64,000 nt of DNA from Candidatus Buchananbacteria bacterium (lineage in GTDB: Bacteria; Patescibacteriota; Patescibacteriia; 2-01-FULL-39-33; JBAYJR01), in the NCBI GenBank assembly GCA_041665005.1, contig JBAYJR010000007.1:3061-67060 (forward strand). Reading direction: 5' to 3'. Shown in pieces: positions 1-8,169 of this stretch. The translations under genes were made by a program, and so were the position numbers. Below the pieces are notes generated by a model. It worked only from the letters and a program-made list of their open reading frames with translations, was not told the DNA's origin and made no database searches. Every line of letters begins with the position of its first letter. The stretch's first letter is position 1.

Positions 1-519
1 AACCCCTATCTTACCGATTTTTACAGCGACCGGCCGCGCTGGGCCTTTCATTCACAAATGTTTTTTCTCTCCCAACGCTTAGCCGACCATCACACCTTAA
101 CCCAAGAGGCAGCTTCAGTTATTCAAGATCGCAGTTTATACGAAAATGCCGAAGTTTTTGCCAAAAATTTGTGGCTAGAAAAATCTATGACCAATCGCGA
201 TTATCAAACTTACCGCGATTTCTACGACTTGTTAGTAAAACTACTTCCCCCGCCGGATTTAATAATCTATTTACAAGCCGCCCCAGAAATTTTGCAGCAG
301 CGAATTAAACAACGAGGCCGAAAATTTGAACAAGAAATTCCCCTCACCTATTTAACCCAATTAAACCAGCTCTATGATGATTGGGCTAAAAATTTTAAAC
401 CCTGCCCGGTCTTAACGATTAATACCAATACTCTTAATTTAATTAATAATGATCAAGCCTTTCAACAGGTAACCGAAAAAATCTTAAAAAAACTGGGCGA
501 CAACCCTTTACCTTTTTAA
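1..519 (+). CDS. deoxynucleoside kinase (dNK/dCK/dGK family), 5'-partial; the frame is open to the window edge
   Basis: C-terminal dNK motifs are present (DRS-YEN-VFA, PDLIIYL-PE-RI-RG). There is no stop in frame between 1 and 57, so the N-terminal P-loop lies outside the window. Confidence 0.7.
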   Translation, partial: NPYLTDFYSDRPRWAFHSQMFFLSQRLADHHTLTQEAASVIQDRSLYENAEVFAKNLWLEKSMTNRDYQTYRDFYDLLVKLLPPPDLIIYLQAAPEILQQRIKQRGRKFEQEIPLTYLTQLNQLYDDWAKNFKPCPVLTINTNTLNLINNDQAFQQVTEKILKKLGDNPLPF

Positions 520-551
520 CTAAACTAAAATCGGCCGTTATGGCCGATTTT

Positions 552-902
552 TTAATCCACTTCCACCCAACGAATCTCGGGTTTGGCTATTTCCTGATTA
601 ATAATGATCGCTAAAATTATTAACCGCCAAGGTAGGCGCAACTCAAACTGCCATAAATATTCGTAAATTGCCTTGTAAAGCTTGGCTCGCTTAAAAGCGG
701 TAACTGCCTCTTCCGGCCAACCGTGTTGCCGAGTTTTTACTTCCACAAAAATTAATTCCCCAGACTTTTTAGCCACTAAATCCAGTTCGCCCCACCGCGT
801 ATGATAATTTTGCGTTAAAATTTGATAACCGTGGCTTTGTAAATATTCTTTAGCCAAATTTTCCCCCTGCCGACCAAATTCTTGACGGTAAGTCATAGCC
901 AA
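552..902 (-). CDS. YraN family (UPF0102) endonuclease
   Basis: About 115 aa, with a GELDLVA...EVK core typical of YraN. Confidence 0.65.
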   Translation of the reverse strand: MAMTYRQEFGRQGENLAKEYLQSHGYQILTQNYHTRWGELDLVAKKSGELIFVEVKTRQHGWPEEAVTAFKRAKLYKAIYEYLWQFELRLPWRLIILAIIINQEIAKPEIRWVEVD

Positions 903-911
903 AAATTTGTT

Positions 912-1322
912 TTATTTTTTCCGCCGGGGCAAATATTTATTAATTTCGGTTTGTTGCTGTAAATTACTTTTTTGTTTCGGCACTTCTTGTAAACAATATT
1001 TAATAATCACGCTCAACCAAACTACCGCGCCAACCAACCAAACTAACCACCAAGCGCGCATGGACAAAATAGTCGCCTGTTCATAATCAAACCAATAAAG
1101 CAAAGCGGCAAAAAAAGTTAAGGTACCCGACCAATAAGCTAGTTTACCCGCCACCTTGGCCCAAATTCTATCACGTTTTTTCCAATTGGTATAAATAATG
1201 CTAGCGATTAAAATAACCAAACCAGCAATCAATAAACTTTTTAAACAAAGCTGCCCCCGAGCGGAAAGCGCTTCTGGTTGCACACTAAACCAATACCAAA
1301 GGTCTGTAAAATGCCAATTCAT
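912..1322 (-). CDS. hypothetical membrane protein
   Basis: Multiple hydrophobic segments. The gene sits tightly between the neighbouring ORFs on the same strand. Confidence 0.45.
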   Translation of the reverse strand: MNWHFTDLWYWFSVQPEALSARGQLCLKSLLIAGLVILIASIIYTNWKKRDRIWAKVAGKLAYWSGTLTFFAALLYWFDYEQATILSMRAWWLVWLVGAVVWLSVIIKYCLQEVPKQKSNLQQQTEINKYLPRRKK

Positions 1323-1331
1323 AATAAAAAA

Positions 1332-1883
1332 TTATTTTATAAAAATTATGCCATAATGATACTCGCCGGCCGAAAATTCATCAGTGAGTTTCAAACCATT
1401 AACTTCAGCTAATTGTTTAACTTTTTCTGGAGAAATTCTTTGACTAACTTTGGGACCAAATGGTGCACCGGACATTTTCCAATCCAAAACCAACAAATGA
1501 CCGCCCAACTTTAACAATCTAGCCGCTTCCTTAAACATTGCTTCTTGATTAGTACTTTGGAATAAAACATTTTTTAACACCGCCACGTCAATTGAGGCCG
1601 GATCAATTCTAGTCGCGCCAACTTTTTCTAAATCGCTCCAAACCGTAATTACGTTTTCCAAACCTTCCGCCACGGCTAAATTATTTACCGATTTCAAGGC
1701 GGTTTTTAAAATATCCACGGCATAAACCAAACCCTCCTTGCCAACTAGCTTAGCGGCGGGCAAAACAAAATGCCCCAAATTGCCACAACCCAAATCCGCC
1801 ACCTTCATGCCGGCGGTTAATTTTAAGTGTTTAAATACCTCTTCGCTATTAATTAAAATATTGCCTCCCGAGATTTTAACCAT
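1332..1883 (-). CDS. class I SAM-dependent methyltransferase
   Basis: DLGCGNG-like motif I (VADLGCGNLG) and a Rossmann-type pattern. Confidence 0.7.
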   Translation of the reverse strand: MVKISGGNILINSEEVFKHLKLTAGMKVADLGCGNLGHFVLPAAKLVGKEGLVYAVDILKTALKSVNNLAVAEGLENVITVWSDLEKVGATRIDPASIDVAVLKNVLFQSTNQEAMFKEAARLLKLGGHLLVLDWKMSGAPFGPKVSQRISPEKVKQLAEVNGLKLTDEFSAGEYHYGIIFIK

Positions 1884-1981
1884 AAAAGCTTAGTTAAAAA
1901 TTTTCTTATTACTAATATTTTAGCATATTTTATAATAAACATAAACTATCAAACCCAAGCCACGGGTAATTCAGCGACTCA

Positions 1982-2010
1982 TTGACAAAAAAGCTAATTA
2001 CCGCTATAAA
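1982..2010 (+). promoter_or_regulatory. sigma70-like promoter for 2034 gene (TTGACA-17-TATAAA)
   Basis: ttgaca at 1982-1987, a 17-nt spacer, then tataaa at 2005-2010. An AGGAGG RBS lies at 2021-2026. Confidence 0.45.
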
Positions 2011-2033
2011 GGATAAAATAAGGAGGAATAAAT

Positions 2034-2324
2034 ATGGGACAAAAAACCGTAACGATTAATGGCCGAAAATTCGTCTACATAAAAGGCGTAATTACTGCCC
2101 TAGTTATTAACTGCGGGACAGTAACCATAAAACGGGGACAAAAAGTCCAGTCAAATGGGAGAATTTTTACCCCAAATGGCACGCCTGGAAAAATTGTCAG
2201 AATCCACAATCCCGAGGGCAAAGGACTTACTTCCGATGTATTGGAAGTAAAATTTAGAGGGTATAAAAATACCTATATGATGAAATCTAAGGATTTAATC
2301 CTAAATCCCCAAGCCTCAACTTAA
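2034..2324 (+). CDS. hypothetical small protein (96 aa)
   Basis: A strong AGGAGG RBS, a consensus promoter upstream and an intrinsic terminator immediately downstream. Confidence 0.55.
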   Translation: MGQKTVTINGRKFVYIKGVITALVINCGTVTIKRGQKVQSNGRIFTPNGTPGKIVRIHNPEGKGLTSDVLEVKFRGYKNTYMMKSKDLILNPQAST

Positions 2325-2340
2325 AGTTGAGGTTTTTTTA
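2314..2340. terminator. intrinsic terminator hairpin (cctcaactt/aagttgagg + T7)
   Basis: A perfect 9-bp stem followed by a T-run. It overlaps the stop codons of both convergent genes. Confidence 0.6.
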
Positions 2341-3007
2341 TTACTTTTAAATTTTTAATCGGCCGATAGCTTTGCCGGTGCTGCTGTATGGCTCCGTATT
2401 TTTTTAAAGCCTGCTGATGTTGTTTAGTGCCATAACCGACGTGACTAGCAAAACCATACTGCGGATATTGCTGGTGTAATTGTTTCATTAAATCATCTCG
2501 GTAAACTTTAGCAATAATGGAAGCCGCGGCAATACACCAAACCTTAGCATCGCCAGCAATAATACTTTGACTAGGAAAAAAGTTTTTACCCAAATGCGGA
2601 CCATCCACCAAAAAATAATCGGGTTTAATTTTTAATTTAGCCACGGCCCGGCGCATGGCCAAAATATTGGCCGCCCCCAAACCAATCGCATCAATTTCCC
2701 AACTTTCCACTTGGCCAATTCCCCAAATAATATTTTCTTTTAACCAAGCGGCGGCCTTAACGCGTTGCTCATGATTTAATTTTTTAGAATCTCTAATTAG
2801 CTTGTGCGCGAAGCGCACTCCTGAACTTTCCCGCCCAAGGCGGGTCAGCCTCGGGCTGATAATTTTTAATTTTACATTTTCAATTATCGTTGCACCTGCA
2901 ACGATTGGCCCCGCCCACGCTCCCCGCCCGACCTCATCTAAACCACAAACCAAGTTGTAGCCCTGTTTAAATAGTTGCTGTTCTAATTTTTTAGTGGGTT
3001 GTTTCAT
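2321..3007 (-). CDS. rnhB: ribonuclease HII
   Basis: GLDEVGRGAWAGPIVAGA, DSKKL and a C-terminal GYGT motif. There is an extra ~20-aa insert between the first two motifs. Confidence 0.9.
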   Translation of the reverse strand: MKQPTKKLEQQLFKQGYNLVCGLDEVGRGAWAGPIVAGATIIENVKLKIISPRLTRLGRESSGVRFAHKLIRDSKKLNHEQRVKAAAWLKENIIWGIGQVESWEIDAIGLGAANILAMRRAVAKLKIKPDYFLVDGPHLGKNFFPSQSIIAGDAKVWCIAAASIIAKVYRDDLMKQLHQQYPQYGFASHVGYGTKQHQQALKKYGAIQQHRQSYRPIKNLKVIKKPQL

Positions 3008-3025
3008 ACCTTTATTATAGCAAAA

Positions 3026-3055
3026 TAAAAGAGCCCCTAACTAAGGGCTCTTTTT
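3026..3055. terminator. bidirectional intrinsic terminator (agagccc/gggctct)
   Basis: A 7-bp GC stem flanked by an A-run on one side and a T-run on the other, downstream of trxA on the minus strand. Confidence 0.5.
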
Positions 3056-3066
3056 GGCCATCAAAC

Positions 3067-3390
3067 CTAAGCTAATTTCTTTAATTTTTCCGCTAAAATT
3101 TCTTTCGGGGTCACACCATGCATTTCTTCTATCATTTTGCCATCTTTAAAAATCATTAGGGTTGGAATGGACATAATGCCAAATTTTCCGGCCGTAGTTT
3201 GATTTTCCTCAATGTTCATTTTAGCCACTTTGACTGGTTGACCGGCTAAATCTTTGGCTAACTCTTCGATGATCGGCCCTTGAATTTGACACGGCCCGCA
3301 CCAGGGCGCAAAAAAATCTACCAACACTGGGCCCGTACCCTTTAAAACCTCGGACTCAAAATTTGAGTCAGTTAAAATTAATTCTGACAT
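3067..3390 (-). CDS. trxA: thioredoxin
   Basis: WCGPC active site; 107 aa. Confidence 0.9.
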   Translation of the reverse strand: MSELILTDSNFESEVLKGTGPVLVDFFAPWCGPCQIQGPIIEELAKDLAGQPVKVAKMNIEENQTTAGKFGIMSIPTLMIFKDGKMIEEMHGVTPKEILAEKLKKLA

Positions 3391-3410
3391 ATTTTGTAGA
3401 AAATTATTAA

Positions 3411-3632
3411 TTAAGTTATTTTAAATAATTCTTTGGCTAAACTTTCTAATTCCTTTTTACTGCAATTTTCACACTCTTCTTTTATTACCTCTCTGGCTAA
3501 TTTAGCTAAAGAAGCTCGGGCCGCTAAAATTTGGGCCATAACTTGTCCACAAGATTTTTTAGCCTGTAACATTTTTTCAATTCCTGTCACTTGGCCAGCA
3601 ATACGGTGCAAATGATTAGTTTGCTTGGACAT
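3411..3632 (-). CDS. CsoR/RcnR/FrmR-family (DUF156) metal/thiol-sensing transcriptional repressor, Cys-x-x-Cys variant
   Basis: RIAGQVTGIEKML helix pattern; Cys28 and a C54-x-x-C57 pair where CsoR has H-x3-C. Located directly upstream of trxA. Confidence 0.65.
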   Translation of the reverse strand: MSKQTNHLHRIAGQVTGIEKMLQAKKSCGQVMAQILAARASLAKLAREVIKEECENCSKKELESLAKELFKIT

Positions 3633-3671
3633 AAATTAACGTTTAAAAATTAGTTAATCCGCTTATTTATT

Positions 3672-3700
3672 ATTATACCCCTCTGGAGTATAGCTGTCAA
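3672..3700 (-). promoter_or_regulatory. promoter of csoR-like/trxA operon (TTGACA-17-TATAAT on minus strand) with a palindromic operator in the spacer
   Basis: Minus strand reads ttgaca-gctatactccagagggg-tataat. The palindrome TATACCCCTCTGGAGTATA (3674-3692) fills the spacer. Confidence 0.55.
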
Positions 3701-3745
3701 AACCAGCTTCTTTTTTTAATTAACAATGGGCCCACCTGGTCGGTC

Positions 3746-3774
3746 TTGACAAAATTTTAATTATCTGCTAATAT
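3746..3774 (+). promoter_or_regulatory. consensus promoter TTGACA-17-TAATAT
   Basis: ttgaca at 3746-3751 and taatat at 3769-3774. Confidence 0.5.
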
Positions 3775-3780
3775 TAGACA

Positions 3781-4036
3781 CATCACGAAAGTGAAATCCA
3801 CATCCAAAGGGGGTACTATGTATGATTCCACCGGATAACTTGATCCACAAGAAGAATCAAATAGTACTTTATGTGATTTAATTCCCGAATTTCCAAACCG
3901 CGCCACGGCTACAACAATTAACAGGAGGTGGTATCAATGTGGTCAAGCCGTACCATAAAGGGATACATCTAGTCTTTATTATAAATTTCTAAGCAGTGCC
4001 AACTTTTGGTAACACCAATACCGGCACTGCTTTTTA
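3781..4036 (+). ncRNA. candidate small transcript (~255 nt) carrying two SD-led micro-ORFs (19 aa at 3822-3881; 11 aa at 3937-3972)
   Basis: A promoter upstream and a terminator at 3992-4036. AAAGGGGG lies 8 nt before ATG 3822, and AGGAGG lies 8 nt before ATG 3937. Confidence 0.4.
3992..4036 (+). terminator. intrinsic terminator (agcagtgcc...ggcactgct + T5)
   Basis: A 9-bp outer stem with an inner ttggt/accaa stem, followed by TTTTT. Confidence 0.55.
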
Positions 4037-4048
4037 CTTTTACGACTA

Positions 4049-4077
4049 TTGACAAAGATCTTAAAAAATAGTAAACT
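4049..4077 (+). promoter_or_regulatory. consensus promoter TTGACA-17-TAAACT
   Basis: ttgaca at 4049-4054 and taaact at 4072-4077. Confidence 0.5.
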
Positions 4078-4083
4078 TTAGGC

Positions 4084-4314
4084 AAATTAGAGGCTACAGA
4101 AGCAGTATTAGAGTTCCCCCTTCATAAATTTGGTTAACATCAATTTGAGTGAAAATAACGCTACAACAACTCTACCAGACGGTCTCAAAACCGTCTCCCC
4201 TAGAACGCCTAATCTACTTCTCACTCTAACCCAAACCTACCGGAAAAGGCGAAAAACAGCTCGCCTATTCCTCCAGCGACGCCCGGGAAACCAAACCTTC
4301 CCGGGTATTTTTTT
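4084..4314 (+). ncRNA. candidate C-rich non-coding RNA (~230 nt), unknown family
   Basis: A promoter plus the terminator cccgggaa/ttcccggg followed by T7. No ATG anywhere in the transcript. Internal hairpins are agacgg/ccgtct and ggcga/tcgcc. A CCUCC motif is present. Confidence 0.4.
4282..4314 (+). terminator. intrinsic terminator (cccgggaa-loop-ttcccggg + T7)
   Basis: An 8-bp GC stem followed by a 7-T run. Confidence 0.6.
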
Positions 4315-4416
4315 GTGAAAATTTTATAATTTTAAAGCTTTAATTGCTTTGATATTTTTGTAAAATAAAAATCCCCGTGTCTAGTTAATCTAGGCACGGG
4401 GCGAGATTTTTTAGGC

Positions 4417-5139
4417 TTAAAAATTTCCAATAAGTCCGCTAACCAGGGAGGCGGCTTCCTTATCAACGTTTTTATAACGAAGATATTCCTTATCAATGTA
4501 GGCAAGGGCGTTTGTTAAGACCTCAATATCCGATTCAACTTCCCGCATCTGTTTTAAAATCCTAGGAATATTTCCATAAAAATCTTGATAATCATACTTT
4601 AAAACATACGGGAGACAGTTTCTTAAACACCAAGCTTTAGTTTCTTTGCAGTTAAATCTAAAGTCACGACTACGAAAATAATTAACTATATTTTCAGATA
4701 AGGGTTCAATGCTTAACCCCATTATATACACTAACTGCATTTCGTGTAACTTACAGCTACTATTTGCATCTAAGTTCTCCCCCAAAATCAACCCCAAGCT
4801 TTGTTTAATCTTAATTAGTGAATTAAAATTATCACACTTCATTCTGAGCTCACAAAAAATCTTACAAAACTCCAGAAAATACAAATCGGGATTATTAACT
4901 AGACATTCATGTATTCCCAAGTCGCACCACTTTCGCCATAATTTTAGATCATTAGTTTCTGAGGGCCCGATTGAAAGTGCGTAAGCCCTAAAAAGATTAA
5001 ACCTTCTTTCGGTCTCCATTTCACCAAAAGTCTTACGGACAAACTTAAACAAGCTTTGCTTTTTTTGTTTTAACTCGCAATACCAACCAACCAAAAAAAG
5101 TATTACTTTTTTACTCCGTTCAATAAACTTAGTATCCAT
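4417..5139 (-). CDS. hypothetical protein (Cys/Trp-rich, helical), start at MDTKF
   Basis: AGGAGG lies 5 nt upstream of the ATG at 5139. No recognisable family. Confidence 0.5.
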   Translation of the reverse strand: MDTKFIERSKKVILFLVGWYCELKQKKQSLFKFVRKTFGEMETERRFNLFRAYALSIGPSETNDLKLWRKWCDLGIHECLVNNPDLYFLEFCKIFCELRMKCDNFNSLIKIKQSLGLILGENLDANSSCKLHEMQLVYIMGLSIEPLSENIVNYFRSRDFRFNCKETKAWCLRNCLPYVLKYDYQDFYGNIPRILKQMREVESDIEVLTNALAYIDKEYLRYKNVDKEAASLVSGLIGNF

Positions 5140-5265
5140 TTTTTCCTCCTTTTTTATTGTAAATAACAAATTTTATTTTAAGCTTATGCTCTTCTGAAAA
5201 ATCTAAAAAGATATTTTAAATTTTTCGGAAAAGTGGGCAACGAATTTTTATCGTTGCCCAAAAAT

Positions 5266-5931
5266 TTACTTAACCAAGTCTGGCAGAATCATTGTGGCGA
5301 CTGCCAATTCCCCAAGTGTTTCTGTAGAAGGAAACCTTGGAATAGCATCAACAATGCTCAGGCCGTAAACAATGTCCCACGGCCCAGGCTTGGGGTCAAT
5401 GCCAACAATCACTAAATTATCGGAATCGACCACTTCGCTACCCCAACTTCTCCAACCCCTCACCAATTTTTGCTCGTGGACAAATTCAAATGTTACAATC
5501 GCCTCGGCCAAAATTGTAGAATTGGCACGGACAATCTCGGCTTGATTTAGGGTTAATTTATTTAATTCTTCTTCTTGATCTTCCCAAGATATTCCCGGAA
5601 AACTTTTGAAAAAATTAATTAAATAATAACCCGGGGCGAGTGGAACGATACTTTGCCAGCCCCATTCCCCTTGAGGATAATTAAAGCCCTTAATAGCTTT
5701 TTTATCCAGCTTATAAAGACTTTGACCGGAGTAGTAGTACAGCGACCACAGTGCCCCGTGACTATTCTCCTCAGCACACTGCCAAAGAGTTTCCTCTGGA
5801 TAAAGAACTAGATCGCCGGGGGTTTCAGTGCCCCAAACAATCTCCCCTTTCCAGAAGGAAAGATTTTGCTCTTTGGTGATAACTCTTTTTTCGCCCAAAA
5901 TTCTTTGGGCTCTGAACAATGACGTTGTCAT
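5266..5931 (-). CDS. hypothetical protein (Trp-rich), start at MTTSLF
   Basis: A GGAG RBS precedes the ATG at 5931. Confidence 0.5.
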   Translation of the reverse strand: MTTSLFRAQRILGEKRVITKEQNLSFWKGEIVWGTETPGDLVLYPEETLWQCAEENSHGALWSLYYYSGQSLYKLDKKAIKGFNYPQGEWGWQSIVPLAPGYYLINFFKSFPGISWEDQEEELNKLTLNQAEIVRANSTILAEAIVTFEFVHEQKLVRGWRSWGSEVVDSDNLVIVGIDPKPGPWDIVYGLSIVDAIPRFPSTETLGELAVATMILPDLVK

Positions 5932-5961
5932 CTTGTTCTCCTTTTTTATTTTTTGTATCAA

Positions 5962-6162
5962 CTATTTTCCAAAAATTACCATGACGTAAACTATAAACAA
6001 CAACTGAAACAAGCGATGAAAAAACTTTAGATATAAAAAGGAATTTTTATCCTCCTCATTTTTATATTTTATACTCCAAGGCTTGCCCAAGTTCCACAAT
6101 AACCAAAAAACAAAAAATTTTATGACAACATTTGCTAAATAAAAAATTACCGTTGAAAACAT
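5962..6162 (-). CDS. small hydrophobic membrane protein (66 aa)
   Basis: AAGGAG lies 9 nt upstream of the ATG. The stop abuts the next gene. A hairpin (cccacg/cgtggg) sits in the 5' UTR. Confidence 0.4.
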   Translation of the reverse strand: MFSTVIFYLANVVIKFFVFWLLWNLGKPWSIKYKNEEDKNSFLYLKFFHRLFQLLFIVYVMVIFGK

Positions 6163-6312
6163 TTTTATTTCTCCTTCCCACGTTTAGCCGTGGGTGCATG
6201 TAAAGAACTATTTTTCGGTCTAAAGACCTTCTTAAATACTCAAAAATGTTTTTAATATTTAAGAAGATAGAGGTGACGTTATGTTTTTTGACCACCTCTA
6301 AAAAATAAAAAA

Positions 6313-6993
6313 CTATTTGCGATAAAACAGTTTGTATTTACCATCAACCGCGACACAGTGCGTCGGCGGCTCGTGCTGATTAATTCGTCTAAACTCCGCC
6401 TTAGACAATTTAACCACCCTGCCATCCGACAGCAACATCTCCGATCGGGTATAACTGCAAACCTTTGTTTCGTTTTCTTTTATGTACCCCTGATTCTCAT
6501 GCTCATAGTCATAAGAAAATGACTTAATAATCAAGCCAAATTTGTCCCGGCAAAAATAAAAGCCACTAACTCCGTAGCCGGGAACAACCACCGGCATAAC
6601 ATCTTCAATGATTGGCAAATTTTGAAAATAATAAAAATGATCGCCAATCCCCCAATACCCATATCCGTCCCCAGTATCAAACACTGGAGTTTTCTCCAAC
6701 CAACGGATGGTTAGTAAATAACTGACTGACCGGATTATCCGACAAATCGGAAAAAAACAAAAAAAGCCACATGTAACACCTAATCCTACCCAGGCTTTTG
6801 CCAATAATGGTTCCTGCGAATCATAAGAAATGAACCAAATAATAACTAAATAGAACAGCAAGATCAAAACCAAAAGAATAAGGGATTTTATTAAGTTGGT
6901 TTTAATATATTCAACTTGATCCCTCAAAGACTTTTGCCTTTCTCCGTTTGTCGAATACCTTTCCAGAACCTTTTCAACTAAAGGGTTTTTCAT
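6313..6993 (-). CDS. hypothetical membrane-anchored protein, start at MKNPLVEK
   Basis: GGAGG lies 8 nt upstream of the ATG at 6993. There are two TM segments and a GDGYGYWGIGDHFYYF motif. Confidence 0.5.
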   Translation of the reverse strand: MKNPLVEKVLERYSTNGERQKSLRDQVEYIKTNLIKSLILLVLILLFYLVIIWFISYDSQEPLLAKAWVGLGVTCGFFCFFPICRIIRSVSYLLTIRWLEKTPVFDTGDGYGYWGIGDHFYYFQNLPIIEDVMPVVVPGYGVSGFYFCRDKFGLIIKSFSYDYEHENQGYIKENETKVCSYTRSEMLLSDGRVVKLSKAEFRRINQHEPPTHCVAVDGKYKLFYRK

Positions 6994-7284
6994 ATTTTTT
7001 TCCTCCATTTTCAATGAACGATTTTTTAAGCTACTTTTAGCTTAACAACTAAGTATAAGCTAATTTTAAGCATTTGTCAATAGTATCCGACATTAGTAAA
7101 TACAGGCTATTTTGCATATTTTTTTAACTTGACAAATATTGTTGATTATGAAATAATAACTGTGTCGGAAAACTACGACATTCTATTAAAATAAGTCTAC
7201 CAGTATTTTGTCATTGCGAACCGCCAACTGGCGGTGAAGCAATCTCCCAAGATCGCTACGGCAATAGCCTCGCGATGACTACCA

Positions 7285-8103
7285 TTGTTTCATATGGAAC
7301 TATCCCAAGAATTAGCAAAATTTGGCCTGGATGGCCGTAAAGGCCTGGTTTACCTGGCAATTTTAGAATTGGGCCAAGCCACTGTGCATCAAATAGCCCT
7401 AAAATCAGGCATTAAACGAACCACCTGCTATGACATTATTGATCAACTATTACTTGACGGCCTATCCCGTCAAGTATCCTCCGGCAAGCGAACAGTTATT
7501 ACAGCGGAAAACCCCGAAAACCTAAAACTGGCCTACCGACGCAAATTAGAGCTGGTAGACCAATTATTACCCGAACTAAAAGCCTTCTATAACTTAAGCC
7601 AGACGAAGCCAAAAATTAGCGTTTTTGAGGGTCGTGAACAAATACTTCTGCTATATCGCGATTCGCTGACAGATAATCCGGACAAGCGGCTTTATACCCT
7701 AACGGCAGCTACGGAGTTAGTCCAAAGCCTGGGTCCTGATCATGAAAAATATATTGCTGACCGAGTTAAGCTAGGTATTAAAGTAAAAGGAATTGCTCCC
7801 GATTCGCCTGAAGCCAGAATTTATGCTGAACGAGGAAAAAACGAATTACGCGACGTCAAAATCTGCCCCGCCGACAAATATCCTTTTGGCGTTGAAATAA
7901 TGCTCTACAGTCAAAAAGTAGCCATTATGTCCATTAAGGAAACGGAGCTAGTAGGAATCTTAATTGAAAGCCAAGAAATCCACAAAACCCTAAAATCAAT
8001 TTTTAACTTGTGTTGGGACTTGCTACCACAGTATTTACCAGCCGAAACCGCGATATCAAACAGTCAACTTTTAACACCAGCAAATCCGCCGAATGTTTCT
8101 TAG
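7285..8103 (+). CDS. TrmB-family transcriptional regulator (N-terminal wHTH)
   Basis: YLAILELGQATVHQIALKSGIKRTTCYDIIDQL resembles the TrmB HTH. The start is uncertain (TTG at 7285 or ATG at 7294). Confidence 0.55.
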   Translation: MFHMELSQELAKFGLDGRKGLVYLAILELGQATVHQIALKSGIKRTTCYDIIDQLLLDGLSRQVSSGKRTVITAENPENLKLAYRRKLELVDQLLPELKAFYNLSQTKPKISVFEGREQILLLYRDSLTDNPDKRLYTLTAATELVQSLGPDHEKYIADRVKLGIKVKGIAPDSPEARIYAERGKNELRDVKICPADKYPFGVEIMLYSQKVAIMSIKETELVGILIESQEIHKTLKSIFNLCWDLLPQYLPAETAISNSQLLTPANPPNVS

Positions 8104-8169
8104 GAAACCATTGACTAATTTAAAATAATACTCTAGGATAAAATTATCAACCAACAGGAGGAAGCTTAA

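Noticed and set aside
3433-3615. Plus-strand ORF antisense to the CsoR-like gene
   Set aside because: The minus frame has clear DUF156 family motifs and operon context with trxA.
4130-4318. 62-aa TTG-start ORF in the C-rich region
   Set aside because: It has no ATG and no SD, it is compositionally biased, and it lies exactly within a promoter/terminator-bounded unit. It is better explained as a non-coding RNA.
3640-4420. Possible tmRNA, RNase P RNA, SRP RNA or 6S RNA in the 3.7-4.3 kb intergenic region; likewise for 8690-8975
   Set aside because: I could not find tmRNA's tRNA-like 3' end or tag ORF, the RNase P P4/GGUAAGAGCGCACC motifs, or the SRP domain-IV GGAAGCAGCCAAGG motif by eye. They are left as unclassified ncRNA candidates.
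6062-6295. 77-aa GTG-start ORF overlapping 5962-6162
   Set aside because: No RBS. It overlaps the better-supported small membrane ORF, which has AAGGAG at the right spacing.
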